From an uncultured virus (IMG/VR IMGVR_UViG_650716090_000002) (taxonomy: Duplodnaviria; Heunggongvirae; Uroviricota; Caudoviricetes), in IMG/VR virus record IMGVR_UViG_650716090_000002: a stretch of DNA of 64,000 bases. The stretch is one strand, 5' to 3'. Of this stretch, positions 27,547-37,494 are shown in pieces. Below the pieces are notes generated by a model, which was given only the letters and a program-made list of their open reading frames with translations, made no database searches and was not told the origin of the DNA. The position numbers were made by a program, and so were the translations under genes. Within the stretch, counting starts at the first letter, position 1. Every line of letters begins with the position of its first letter.

Positions 27547-28536
27547 CTACTTAAATTTATTTTCTAACTCTTCTTGCGTTACTGGTGCGATATTTTGATA
27601 TCCTGAAATCCAATAATTTTTTTGATAATTGTAGCCACCTTCTGAAAGCGCTCGTTTGAATCGGTCTTTATCTTCGCTATTTTCAAAAAACACTTCAAGA
27701 GTCATTTTTTGCTTATACGTTTTTGGCTCTATCTTGGCGCCTGTTGGCTCTTTTTGTATTTCTTTGACTATTTGCCCGCCGTCCAGTATTTCGCCAGTCT
27801 CTGCGTCGATATGTGGCTTATTTTGCGATTCTGTTGGACGTTTCCTTTCAGCTTCTGCTCGTTCGAGTTCTAGCTTCTGCATTTTGAGTGAATAGTCGGC
27901 TTTAATTTGCCCAAGCACTTCTATTACGGTCATGTCTTTTAACATTCGCATGTATGGAAAATCATCCATTCCATATTCTGCGCATTGTCCTGCGATAGTT
28001 GCTTCAGCTTGCTTTCGCTCTTCTTGCTTTTGCAATTCAAAGCTTACTAGGTCATCTAGGCTCTTCATAGTCACTTTCTTGAGTGTGACGCCGTCTGCCA
28101 TGAAATCACCCGCTTTTGTATATTCCTGAACTTTTTCGTCAAAAATACGTGGGTCTAGTAATACTTCAGAAGCCTTGTTTGCTATATAAGCTTTGACCGT
28201 GTCAGTTTTCAACATTTTTTGGTGTTCCTCGTAAGCTTTGACATCTGTATCTATTGAGCTGATTACTGTATTTAGTGGGTCAACTGCCCGTTTTACATAT
28301 TTTTCAAAGTCGGTCACAGGAGCTGTTAGTTCTTTTTTGATTTCAATCCGTTTATCTGAAATTTGTTTGACTAATTTTCGCAAACTCGCAAGGACCTGTT
28401 TGTCGTCCTTGATAGTTCCTGCTGTTACTGTATAGCCTTTATATTTTGTGACTATTTCATTAATATTTTTTTCAAAGGCTTCTTTATCGATTATTTCGAC
28501 TTTTGCCTCGGTATGTTTGACTTGTAATTCTTGCAT
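27547..28536 (-). CDS. DUF1351-type phage recombination-associated protein
   Basis: Coiled coil; follows the annealase. Confidence 0.75.
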   Translation of the reverse strand: MQELQVKHTEAKVEIIDKEAFEKNINEIVTKYKGYTVTAGTIKDDKQVLASLRKLVKQISDKRIEIKKELTAPVTDFEKYVKRAVDPLNTVISSIDTDVKAYEEHQKMLKTDTVKAYIANKASEVLLDPRIFDEKVQEYTKAGDFMADGVTLKKVTMKSLDDLVSFELQKQEERKQAEATIAGQCAEYGMDDFPYMRMLKDMTVIEVLGQIKADYSLKMQKLELERAEAERKRPTESQNKPHIDAETGEILDGGQIVKEIQKEPTGAKIEPKTYKQKMTLEVFFENSEDKDRFKRALSEGGYNYQKNYWISGYQNIAPVTQEELENKFK

Positions 28537-28546
28537 TTTATCCCCC

Positions 28547-29317
28547 TTAATACTCGAGTGGTGCTTCTCCGAATAGTTCTGTTTGCCCATTGTCATCTGG
28601 CAATTCAGATTCTACTTGTTCAACTGGTTTAGGTTCAGGTTTAGAAGTTTGTTGTTGCTGTTGTTGATAAGCTTCAATTTCTTTCATTTTGCGAGCCTTA
28701 ACTTCTTCTTGAGTTTCGGTCGGTGTTACATCTTTAATGCGGTCGAATGTTTCTCCGCCGTCGTCTTCTGTGTACATATTGCCTAAATCCTCTGGGAATG
28801 CTTCTCTTAGTGCATTTACCAGTGCCGTTTTGCGGATCATTGTTGCTGGCATACTATTCCATGTGCTTTGGCCTTTGTTGTATTCTTTCATACCGAGATA
28901 GATTTCTACTGGTACTTTAAAGTCTTTTCTATAAACCCTTGACCATCCTCCGACTAATTCGTCGCCTGGTAATAGCAATGCCCCTTTACGTTCAACTTGA
29001 ACACCATCCTTATCTAATACGACAACTCCTGCTTCAAATCCTTCATATTTCGGGTTCTGGTTAGCTCGCTTTAAAAATGCTTCTTTAGATACAATCAGGC
29101 TAAATTCCGTACCGCCATTTTTCTTTTTATAAGCCACAATGTACACTTCATTTGCTAATGGATTTAAGTTACGCCCTTTAATTAGTGATAGTGCTTGTCC
29201 GACTTGTTTTTCACTCAATAAATTTTGTGGGTCAAAATACCGTTTAATGTCTTGAGGTGTCCAGTCGCTAGCGTTAACCGAAATATCTCGTTTTTGTTGT
29301 TGTAATTCATTGGCCAT
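28547..29317 (-). CDS. Single-strand annealing recombinase (Bet/RecT family)
   Basis: LNPLANEVYIV...WNSMPATMIRKTALVNALREAFP. Confidence 0.88.
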   Translation of the reverse strand: MANELQQQKRDISVNASDWTPQDIKRYFDPQNLLSEKQVGQALSLIKGRNLNPLANEVYIVAYKKKNGGTEFSLIVSKEAFLKRANQNPKYEGFEAGVVVLDKDGVQVERKGALLLPGDELVGGWSRVYRKDFKVPVEIYLGMKEYNKGQSTWNSMPATMIRKTALVNALREAFPEDLGNMYTEDDGGETFDRIKDVTPTETQEEVKARKMKEIEAYQQQQQQTSKPEPKPVEQVESELPDDNGQTELFGEAPLEY

Positions 29318-29539
29318 TTATTTCCTCTTTCTGTGTTTGAGCTGAAAATTCTCAGCTTTTAATCTTCTGTTTTCGTTTGCTAGTGTTAGAACTCTGTTTT
29401 GAAGCTTGTCAATTTCTTGTCCTAATAGCTTTTGGACTTCAAAATAATTGCTTTCCCAGTCTTCGCTATATTCAAAGTTTTCCGATGTGCTCATATAATC
29501 CCTCAACACTTCCGTCAATATCTGATAAGCAAGCTCCAA
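29318..29539 (-). CDS. Hypothetical coiled-coil protein
   Basis: Coupled ORF. Confidence 0.6.
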   Translation of the reverse strand: MELAYQILTEVLRDYMSTSENFEYSEDWESNYFEVQKLLGQEIDKLQNRVLTLANENRRLKAENFQLKHRKRK

Positions 29540-29672
29540 AGTATGCTGTACAAGCGTATTGCATAAGCCTTGTAAAATCTACATTAGGTCCTTGTTGTCT
29601 AAAAGCTTCATCCACATAGATATCCAAAACTTCCATTTCTTTTTTGCTCGTTCTCTGATTGCAACTTTTTCT

Positions 29673-30020
29673 TTATCTGTCACGTCTAATCTCCTCCGCA
29701 ATTGCTTTGAAATCATTGAGATCTACAGCCTCAACTTTTTTGATTCTCTTAATAGTTGTTGCGACTTGCCCTTTATTAGGTCTTAAACCTATTTGTCTTT
29801 CTTCTTCATTGTTTGGAATAAAGTATCCACCATCTTTTTCTTTAATGGCACAGACCGGAACCCCTTTGTGAATAAGTGACTCGACCGTTTTTTCAACTTG
29901 TCGTTTACTCATTTTGAAGACTCTTTCAAATTCTTTTCTAGGTCGTGGGTGTTCCATTCCATGTGGAATAAAACAAAAGAATCGCAGTTCTAAACTTGTT
30001 AATTTATCTTTTAATTTCAA
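29673..30020 (-). CDS. Winged-HTH phage protein
   Basis: SKRQVEKTVESL...GVPV...GGYFIP. Confidence 0.65.
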   Translation of the reverse strand: MKLKDKLTSLELRFFCFIPHGMEHPRPRKEFERVFKMSKRQVEKTVESLIHKGVPVCAIKEKDGGYFIPNNEEERQIGLRPNKGQVATTIKRIKKVEAVDLNDFKAIAEEIRRDR

Positions 30021-30244
30021 ATAACTTTCCTCAGTCTTTCATACCTTAACTCTTCGGCCTCGTCTGTTGTGATACCTGTCCCGAAAGCATAGAGATTTAT
30101 CCAATTTAATATTGGCTTAACTCCGTTTAATTTTTTGCCCTCTTTACAGTAATCAGTGAACTTGTTAAAGGTTTCGGCACTTGCTGTTTTTCCATAGTCT
30201 TTTTGTAACTGGTCGTTAAAAAGGTTAAAAAGCTCCTGGTTCAT
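30017..30244 (-). CDS. Hypothetical phage protein
   Basis: Coupled ORF. Confidence 0.6.
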   Translation of the reverse strand: MNQELFNLFNDQLQKDYGKTASAETFNKFTDYCKEGKKLNGVKPILNWINLYAFGTGITTDEAEELRYERLRKVI

Positions 30245-30612
30245 CTTTTACCTCGCTAGGGTCTATCTTGAGTGCGCTAATATCAGTCTCTTGGTAGTTG
30301 GGATTTGACCATTTAGGAATATTTGATCCTGTCTGCTTTTGAGATCCTTGCTGTTTTTTAGTTCAAATGCTTCTAACCGTGCTTGAACTTTCTCAATTGT
30401 GTTGTCCCCTGCTTTATGCCAGTTGATTAGTATTTTGTTGATGTATTTCCAATTAATCTTGTCATTTACAACCGCCTCTTTTAAAGCCATGTTCACCACT
30501 TCGATTGGCGTGTTGTCTACGTGTATCCATTTTTGAATATCTTCAATTTCAAAAGGAGTCATAAATCTGCCAAAACATTGATGGAAATTATCAAAAAGTT
30601 TTTTTCGTCCAC
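30225..30612 (-). CDS. DnaD-domain replication protein, two apparent homopolymer frameshifts
   Basis: TPFEIEDIQKW...WKYINKILINW DnaD motif; GTG start after AGGGGG; one extra A at about 30600 and at about 30355 restores a single ORF. Confidence 0.75.
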
Positions 30613-30639
30613 TGTTGCCCCCTTGTTGCTGTTGCTTAT

Positions 30640-30748
30640 TAAATGTTAGTTATTATTTATAGTTAGTATTTATTTAATGTTAGTAATTATTAGTGTTCGA
30701 TTTTACAAGGTTGTAAAATACAAGGTTGTAAAATACAAGGTTGTAAAA
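30640..30748. repeat. Putative phage replication origin: three 15-bp iterons plus AT-rich repeats
   Basis: (TACAAGGTTGTAAAA) x3 at about 30704-30748; adjacent GTTAGT-spaced AT-rich repeats. Confidence 0.75.
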
Positions 30749-30749
30749 C

Positions 30750-31101
30750 CTAACTCTGTATACTATCCTCAAATTTATTTATTAATTGTTCGAATGCTTG
30801 TTTGGATATTTTTCTATCTGCACAAAACCTAAAGTGTTGAACACCTTTTCCACGTCCCATAGATTTTTTATATATTCTGATATAACCAGCTCTCTCTAAC
30901 TCGGTTAATCCAGAACGAACTGATACTATACTGTCAGTAGACCTTCTAGCTAATTCTTCGGGGTAGACTCTCCAATCTTCCTTATTACGAAGTATTACCA
31001 TTAATAGGCCTTTTGCTTTAAATGAAATTTCCTGATCATCAAGAAATTCATTGCTTACTGCTGTGTAACTACTAGTAGTATTTTTGAAATATGTATTGCA
31101 T
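30750..31101 (-). CDS. Replication initiator N-terminal HTH protein (start out of frame)
   Basis: YTAVSNEFLDDQEISFKAKGLL...ELERAGYI; the RBS-associated ATG at 31101 is in a different frame. Confidence 0.75.
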
Positions 31102-31115
31102 TAAGTGCTTACCTC

Positions 31116-31340
31116 CTAAAATGCTCTATCTTTGCCCCAGACTTTTCCGCATGATCCTTGAGTTGGTAATTCAATAAAATCCGTCCGTCTTGGTTTTTCA
31201 ACCTTTCGGATGACTAAATTGTTATCAACCACTGTCTGCATCGTCTGTTCAATTGTCTTTTTGTTACTATTGCGATTACCCATATATGCAATTAGTGCAA
31301 TAAATGCTAATACTATAATCGCTGTTATTGGATTTTCCAT
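31116..31340 (-). CDS. Small membrane phage protein
   Basis: N-terminal TM segment; GGAG RBS. Confidence 0.65.
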   Translation of the reverse strand: MENPITAIIVLAFIALIAYMGNRNSNKKTIEQTMQTVVDNNLVIRKVEKPRRTDFIELPTQGSCGKVWGKDRAF

Positions 31341-31370
31341 ATTTGTTTCTCCTAAGCACTCCCCAGCGCT

Positions 31371-31625
31371 TTAATTTTTCATTAAGTGTAAAACTTCGTT
31401 AATGTCTGCTAAGCAATACATTTTGTCTTTGCCTTGCTTTCTGCTTGGTAGTCCATACGATTCCATTTGTTTGATATACTGCCAAGAAAAGCCTTTAATC
31501 TCTTTTAATTCTTTTTGGTTGTACCAAATATTTGTGTCACGTTCAGCAATTGTTTCGATCGCTTTATCTGCAATTTGTTTTGCAAGTGATTCAACTAGGT
31601 CATCAAAACTTTCTTGTAAGTTCAT
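31371..31625 (-). CDS. Excisionase-like DNA-binding protein
   Basis: MerR-like wHTH pattern (GLPSRKQGKDKMY). Confidence 0.6.
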   Translation of the reverse strand: MNLQESFDDLVESLAKQIADKAIETIAERDTNIWYNQKELKEIKGFSWQYIKQMESYGLPSRKQGKDKMYCLADINEVLHLMKN

Positions 31626-31638
31626 TGATTAATACCTC

Positions 31639-31824
31639 CTAGTCTTCAATTAAAAAGTTCATTACGCTAGCAAAGATTTTTCTAGGTGCGTCATATTCGC
31701 CCTGCTCAATCTTTTTGAGTGTGCGGGGTGTTACGTTCATTCGTTTTGCTGTTTCTCCTTTGGTTAAGTCGAGGCGTCCTCGTTTTACTCTGACTTTTTC
31801 AGCATGTTCAATAGTTATAAGCAT
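31639..31824 (-). CDS. XRE-family HTH protein
   Basis: LTKGETAKRMNVTPRTLKKIEQG. Confidence 0.8.
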   Translation of the reverse strand: MLITIEHAEKVRVKRGRLDLTKGETAKRMNVTPRTLKKIEQGEYDAPRKIFASVMNFLIED

Positions 31825-31905
31825 TTGTTATTCCTCTTTCTTCGTGGTATAATAGTGTTAATAAATTTTGTTTTGAGTCCGACTGCTATCGGACTTTTTT
31901 TGTTG

Positions 31906-32109
31906 TTATCTAAATTCGTCTAAACTTACACCTAGTACATCGGCGATTTTAACCATTTTAGAAAAGCTAGGGTCGTGATATTTAATATTTTCAATGTTTC
32001 TACGACCTAATCCAGTTGCATTTCCAAGCGATTCCATTGAGTGATTCTTACGCTTCAAAATTTGCTTAAATTTTTCCCAGTCAATCCCAAAATATTGTGT
32101 TTTTTTCAT
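31906..32109 (-). CDS. XRE-family HTH protein
   Basis: PSFSKMVKIADVLGVSLDEFR. Confidence 0.75.
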   Translation of the reverse strand: MKKTQYFGIDWEKFKQILKRKNHSMESLGNATGLGRRNIENIKYHDPSFSKMVKIADVLGVSLDEFR

Positions 32110-32208
32110 ATATATTCCTTGTCTAACCACTATATGTAGTGGTATAATTGTTTTATGAGTAAAACCTTTACACTCTTTTATTCATAAACTTATAGAGAGG
32201 AGAGTCGT

Positions 32209-32421
32209 ATGACAAAATACTGTTACAATGACAATGCCGATTTCCACGGAAACCATGAAGTTCACAAATATTCTTGTGGATATCTTCCTGATCCATATAA
32301 TCGTACCTATCTAGGTGAATATGATTATGATTTTCAAGCAATGGAAGCTGCTCGAAAAGAACGACCTTTTTGGACGTTTGACGGATGCGCATATTGCATG
32401 CCTATTTATCACACAAGTTAA
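32209..32421 (+). CDS. Counter-oriented accessory protein with His/Cys metal-binding pattern
   Basis: HEVH...C...CAYC; own extended -10 (32141) and GAGGAG RBS. Confidence 0.7.
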   Translation: MTKYCYNDNADFHGNHEVHKYSCGYLPDPYNRTYLGEYDYDFQAMEAARKERPFWTFDGCAYCMPIYHTS

Positions 32422-32668
32422 TATTCTGGGTTGCTCTATGCAACTCTTTTTCATGTTCACGATTTGCATATGTCATAGTTCTATAATTTTCAATTACGTC
32501 GTGTTTAAATGTTTCTAAAATAAATCTGCGTTCATCTGTAATCATTTTTCGCAAAAATTTACACTCTTCTCTAAGTTCCTTATTCTCGAACTCTAGTCGC
32601 TCAAAATTTGAATGCGTAACTTTTGCTTCATTAAATAAAATTTGTTGTTCGTCTGTAATTTTATTCAT
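32402..32668 (-). CDS. Hypothetical coiled-coil protein
   Basis: AAGGAG RBS. Confidence 0.6.
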   Translation of the reverse strand: MNKITDEQQILFNEAKVTHSNFERLEFENKELREECKFLRKMITDERRFILETFKHDVIENYRTMTYANREHEKELHRATQNINLCDK

Positions 32669-32878
32669 GTTCTTTCTCCTTTATGCAATTTCATCAACGA
32701 GTTCATTAACGAGCTCGTTTTTCTTATCGACTAATTCACGAAACTTGGCTTTAAAGATTTCTTTGCCGAATTTATCCTGACAATAGTTTTCAAATAAACT
32801 ATCAATGTTTTGGATATGTGTTTCAAGAATTGCTGAGTAAGCTTCAAATTGTTCTGTTTAGTTCATGATCATTCCTTT

Positions 32879-33604
32879 CTAAGCTAGGCGCTTCTGGCCT
32901 AGAAACTTGTTGATAAAGTATTGTTGCCCTTTACCAGTTACTTTTGGTGTTTTGTTAATACTGATATGACCGTCTGCGTGTTGGATATTGGTTTCTTTAA
33001 TTTCAAACAACTTTAATTCCATTGATTTTTGAGTTGGCATATTCCAACTGCTACTTTTGCGATTGATCAGATAGCCATTTTCTCGCAACCAGCTAAATAA
33101 CCGATTAGCACCAATTTTGTAGCCATTTTGACTAATCAACTTTGCTAAGTCTCCTACTAAAATAGATGTGTGACTTGCGCTTACTGCGTCTGCGAAGATT
33201 ACTTTTGGCTTATCTGCTTCAATTTGCGCCTGTAACGTATGGACCTTCTTATCAGCCATAAGCAAAGCTCGTGCCATGATTTTCTCAGGGCTGTTAAAGT
33301 CCTTTTCAACTTGAATGAAGTATTTGCGGACTTCTTTAGATTTTTCATTCCGTTGAAGCATTGCAATTTCTTTTGCCATATCCATTTTTAAAACATGGTC
33401 AGTAAATTCTGTATTGTTTCCTTGAGCTGTTAGTCTTTTTTGACTAATAGCTATATAGTCAATATTTTCTTCAAAACCATACTCTGACATTCTTTCTAGC
33501 CATTTTGTGTATTGAGTTTTAATTTCTAATACTTTGTGTAAATCACGACCACTTACGACTGGTTCGTGATTTTCGTTTAGTGTGATGTTAATTAATTCGT
33601 TCAT
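32879..33604 (-). CDS. Phage antirepressor (AntA/AntB plus KilAC)
   Basis: VSGRDLH...KPKVIFADAV...TPKVTGKGQQYF. Confidence 0.92.
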   Translation of the reverse strand: MNELINITLNENHEPVVSGRDLHKVLEIKTQYTKWLERMSEYGFEENIDYIAISQKRLTAQGNNTEFTDHVLKMDMAKEIAMLQRNEKSKEVRKYFIQVEKDFNSPEKIMARALLMADKKVHTLQAQIEADKPKVIFADAVSASHTSILVGDLAKLISQNGYKIGANRLFSWLRENGYLINRKSSSWNMPTQKSMELKLFEIKETNIQHADGHISINKTPKVTGKGQQYFINKFLGQKRLA

Positions 33605-33631
33605 ATAATGCCTTTCTATTTTTGGAGTTGT

Positions 33632-33844
33632 TTATTTTACGTAATTTTCGTATTTTTTACCTAAAAAAATATCATCAAATTTCACATTAAAAGTATCAAT
33701 ATATTTTTTTAATAACTTATATCCGATGTCAGAGCTATCTTTTTCAAGCCTAGCTATAGTTTGAGGCGAAACACCGAACAGGTCTGCTAGCTCTTGTTGC
33801 GTTAATCCTTTATTAATCCGCATGGCTTCTAAAGTCCATTGCAT
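33632..33844 (-). CDS. cro: Cro-like repressor
   Basis: XRE HTH, divergent from cI. Confidence 0.8.
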   Translation of the reverse strand: MQWTLEAMRINKGLTQQELADLFGVSPQTIARLEKDSSDIGYKLLKKYIDTFNVKFDDIFLGKKYENYVK

Positions 33845-33896
33845 CTAATCCCTCCTTTCTGTGGTATAATTTAAGTAAAAATGTTGAGGTGGAAAT

Positions 33897-34280
33897 ATGA
33901 AACTGAATTATGATTGTATCCGTGACATACTACTAACAGTTGAATCTTTAGATAGAATTGATTCTAGTGTCTATTTAGATGATTATAAAAAATATAAATT
34001 ACTGGAAAAATATTCTAACGATGAAATTCAATATCATTCAATAAAATTAATTCAAGAAGAATATGTTCAGGGATTAAAAGTATCTGGAAGCGATATTACT
34101 AACGCCATTTTCATGGAAGATTTGACTTGGAAGGGGCATGAGCTACTAAATGATATTCGATCTGAATCTGTATTTAAAGAGACCAAAACTAAAGTAATAA
34201 ATTCAATCGGTACCGTATCGCTTTCTATTTTTCAACAATTAGCCGTTGACATTGCGATGAAAACACTCGGTCTAAAATAA
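33897..34280 (+). CDS. DUF2513 (YjcQ-like) protein
   Basis: MKLNYDCIRDILL...LTWKGHELLNDIR. Confidence 0.8.
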   Translation: MKLNYDCIRDILLTVESLDRIDSSVYLDDYKKYKLLEKYSNDEIQYHSIKLIQEEYVQGLKVSGSDITNAIFMEDLTWKGHELLNDIRSESVFKETKTKVINSIGTVSLSIFQQLAVDIAMKTLGLK

Positions 34281-34436
34281 TTTTATTTCTACTCCACTAA
34301 CTAAAGCGTAAGCGTTTTGTTTATACTTTTTGAATTCTTCTAAATTAAATGATTTGATAGCTAAATTAATAGCATTGCACTCAAAAAGATAAATGTTATC
34401 ATTATTGTTTTTATAATAAACGATAATTTCTTTCAT
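34272..34436 (-). CDS. Small hypothetical protein (54 aa)
   Basis: AAGGAG RBS; first ORF of the lytic direction. Confidence 0.45.
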   Translation of the reverse strand: MKEIIVYYKNNNDNIYLFECNAINLAIKSFNLEEFKKYKQNAYALVSGVEIKLF

Positions 34437-34523
34437 AACATTTCCACTCCTTTCCTACTCCCTAATAGGAGTTTTTTTATTAGCATTAAGATTTTGTAAT
34501 CCTTAAGCTTGATTATAGTATAA

Positions 34524-34577
34524 TACGATTTTTTCGTACTGTCAACTGTTTTTCTCAAATTTTATGTTTTTTTCGTA
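34524..34577. promoter_or_regulatory. Genetic-switch operators TACG-N7-CGTA
   Basis: Palindromes at 34524-34538 and 34563-34577 (one mismatch); third copy at 33638-33652. Confidence 0.65.
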
Positions 34578-34643
34578 TTTTTTGATTGTCAATCTTTAAA
34601 AATAGATATATAATTAGCTTAATAAAAGTTAGGAGTATATGTA

Positions 34644-35399
34644 ATGAATGATAAAGAAAGAATGCAAATTATTGCCGATAATATTACTTATTACAGAAAG
34701 AGAAAAGGAGTCACTCAAAAAGAATTAGCAAAAGCTGTAGGCGTAACTCCTAGTACCATGACAGACTATATGAAATTACGTAGCGCCCCTTCTTTTGGAG
34801 TAATTCAAAAATTAGCTGATTATTTTGATATAAAAAAATCTGATATCGATACTACTTTTAAAGACTCTAAGTGCGAACTTAAAATTCCAACTTCTCCTCT
34901 CGTAAATAAAATTACAAATAAAGTTGTAGAACTTAACGTCCCAAGAAAACAAAAAGTTTTAGATTTTGCAACAAACCAATTAAAAGAGCAAAATAATAAA
35001 ATTACTTCAATTAAAGAACATTTATACGAATATAAAGTTTATGAAAAGCTATCAGCTGGAACTGGATATGGTTACTTCGGAGATGGGAATTATGACACTG
35101 TTTTCTATGACGAAAAAATGGACTATGACTTCGCCTCTTGGGTATTTGGTGATTCAATGGAGCCGGCTTATCTAAATGGTGAGGTTGTCTTAATTAAACA
35201 AACAGGATTCGATTACGATGGCGGAATTTATGCAGTTGAGTGGGATGGACAAACGTATATCAAAAAGGTTTATCGTGAAGAAAACGGATTGCGTTTAGTA
35301 TCATTAAATAAAAAATACAATGATAAGTTTGCATCTTTTGATGAAGACCCTCGTATTATTGGAAAGATAGTCGGCAATTTTATGCCGAAGGATTATTAA
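34644..35399 (+). CDS. cI: CI-like repressor (XRE HTH plus S24 autopeptidase)
   Basis: SAG cleavage site, GDSMEP, YIKKV. Confidence 0.92.
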   Translation: MNDKERMQIIADNITYYRKRKGVTQKELAKAVGVTPSTMTDYMKLRSAPSFGVIQKLADYFDIKKSDIDTTFKDSKCELKIPTSPLVNKITNKVVELNVPRKQKVLDFATNQLKEQNNKITSIKEHLYEYKVYEKLSAGTGYGYFGDGNYDTVFYDEKMDYDFASWVFGDSMEPAYLNGEVVLIKQTGFDYDGGIYAVEWDGQTYIKKVYREENGLRLVSLNKKYNDKFASFDEDPRIIGKIVGNFMPKDY

Positions 35400-35467
35400 A
35401 AACCATTTGTGACGAGCAAATGGTTGTAAATGAGTTTAGGAATTTAATATAAATAAGGAGATTTATT

Positions 35468-36235
35468 ATGAATCATCGTGTTAACAAAGTTGCTTATATA
35501 TTGCTTGCAATATTTTTGGGCGGTTTAGGAGCTCACCAATTCTATTCAAAAAATACGAAATATGGTGTTTTATATTTATTATTTAGTTTGACATTTGTTC
35601 CAATGTTGTTAAGTTATTATGATGTTTTTAAAGCTGTGATGACTAAAAGTGATGAAAATGGCAAGATTGAAATTCCATTTAATCAGAAGAAGTTTATCCC
35701 AGTATTGGTAGTTACCTCTCTTCTTGTTATTACTGCTATATTTGCACCAAAAAAAGAAGAAGCTAAAAAAGTTGCTTCTCCTGAGTCAAAAGTAGAGAAA
35801 AAAATAGAGCCTAAGAAAACTAAGAAAGTTGAAGATAAAAATGAAACGAAAGCAAGTGCTGATAAAAAAGCTAAAAAAGCTGAGCAAGAAAAGAAGATTG
35901 AAGAGTTAAAAAAAGCTGAAGAGAGTGTTCCTAGAGAATTCGCAAATGCATTAGACTCTGCCGAAAACTACGTTTTTATGTCAGGTTTTTCTAAGCAAGG
36001 GTTGTATGACCAACTAACGTCTGAATATGGTGATAAATATCCAGCTGAAGCTGCTCAATATGCAATTGATAACATAAAAGTAGATTGGAAAAATGAGGCT
36101 TTAGAGTCTGCCAATACTTATCAAAAGATAAGCCCTATGTCAAATCAGGGTCTTATAGATCAACTAACATCGCCTTATGGAGATAAATTTACTCTCGAAG
36201 AAGCACAGTATGCAGTTGAAAATTTAGACAAATAA
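35468..36235 (+). CDS. TM2-domain membrane protein with two Ltp repeats (superinfection exclusion candidate)
   Basis: FLGGLGAHQFY (TM2); SKQGLYDQLTSEYGDKY...AQYA twice (Ltp). Confidence 0.85.
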   Translation: MNHRVNKVAYILLAIFLGGLGAHQFYSKNTKYGVLYLLFSLTFVPMLLSYYDVFKAVMTKSDENGKIEIPFNQKKFIPVLVVTSLLVITAIFAPKKEEAKKVASPESKVEKKIEPKKTKKVEDKNETKASADKKAKKAEQEKKIEELKKAEESVPREFANALDSAENYVFMSGFSKQGLYDQLTSEYGDKYPAEAAQYAIDNIKVDWKNEALESANTYQKISPMSNQGLIDQLTSPYGDKFTLEEAQYAVENLDK

Positions 36236-36392
36236 AAAAGCCCCATACTCTCCACCGACCAAAGCGAAAGTATGAGGCAAAATCTGGAAAGAAAAGATAT
36301 GTCTTTTCTTGTACTCTATTTTACCATTTTTAGGAGGTGTTGCCAAATCCTATCTCAAAGCATTCCCCAGCGCTACAAGAGAGGAAAATAAA

Positions 36393-37490
36393 ATGATAAC
36401 TAAATATACAAAAAAAGATGGCTCTACAGCCTATAAATTACAAGCCTATCTTGGAGTTGACCAATCAACAGGTAAACAAGTTAGGACAACAAGGCAAGGA
36501 TTTAAGACGATCAAACAGGCTAAAAGAGCCGAGGTAAAACTTGTTGAGGATTTCAATCGGCAAGGCGTTTGGAAGAATAACGATAAGACAACGTTTGATG
36601 AAGTGGCACAGTTATGGCTTGAACAATATGCTAATACCGTCAAAGCATCAACTTACTTAACGACTTTAAATTATTATAATAGCAAAATCGCTACTACTAT
36701 TGGTCATTTGCCAATTGCTAAAATAACTATTTTAAAATTGCAAAAGTTAGTTAATGACTTATCTAAATGGTCTTGTTATGGATTATATATCAGTATTATT
36801 AATCGCATATTTAAGTATGCAGTTAATTTAGGTGTGTTGGATAGTAATCCAATGGACAAAACAATTCGTGCTAAAATTAAACATGTCCCAAAAAGTGAAC
36901 AAACTGAAAATTATTACACCAAAGATGAATTGCTAACTTTTTTAGAGGCTGTTAAAAATCAAGAGTCTATTGAGTTGTTTGCTTTTTACAGATTATTATC
37001 CTTTGGTGGTCTAAGATTTGGCGAAGCTGTTGCTTTAAATGATGCTGATTTTGATTTTAAAAATAAAACTGTCAGCATTACTAAGACTATTGCCAATACT
37101 AAAAATGGTTTAGTTATCCAAAAACCGAAGACAAAAAAGAGCATACGAGAAATATCTCTTGATGATGAGACCATGCGTATTATTAAAACTTATATCAATC
37201 AATCGATTAAACCACTGCATGGTCCGTTTAGGTTGTTTAATATAACTGCTAATGGAGCTATCTATCGACTTGATAAGATAATTAAAAAAAATAATTTCAA
37301 AAGGATCACTCATCACGGTTTTAGACACACACACGCTAGTTTATTGTTTGAAGCTGGAGTACCTGCTAAATTAACTCAACAAAGGTTAGGGCATGCTAAA
37401 ATCTCAATCACTCTTGATTTGTATACTCACTTATCAAAAACACAAAAAGATGAGGTTGCTAATAAATTTGTTGATTTTATCGCAATATAA
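36393..37490 (+). CDS. int: Tyrosine integrase
   Basis: GLRFGEA, HGFRHTHAS, RLGH, LYTH; GAGG RBS before MITKY. Confidence 0.95.
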   Translation: MITKYTKKDGSTAYKLQAYLGVDQSTGKQVRTTRQGFKTIKQAKRAEVKLVEDFNRQGVWKNNDKTTFDEVAQLWLEQYANTVKASTYLTTLNYYNSKIATTIGHLPIAKITILKLQKLVNDLSKWSCYGLYISIINRIFKYAVNLGVLDSNPMDKTIRAKIKHVPKSEQTENYYTKDELLTFLEAVKNQESIELFAFYRLLSFGGLRFGEAVALNDADFDFKNKTVSITKTIANTKNGLVIQKPKTKKSIREISLDDETMRIIKTYINQSIKPLHGPFRLFNITANGAIYRLDKIIKKNNFKRITHHGFRHTHASLLFEAGVPAKLTQQRLGHAKISITLDLYTHLSKTQKDEVANKFVDFIAI

Positions 37491-37494
37491 TTAT

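Noticed and set aside
27500..27549. Stop-codon readthrough signal (UAG followed by a pseudoknot)
   Set aside because: An in-frame TGA follows five codons later.
30704..30748. CRISPR-like repeats
   Set aside because: Tandem 15-mers without spacers beside the initiator gene; these are iterons. No cas genes in the window.
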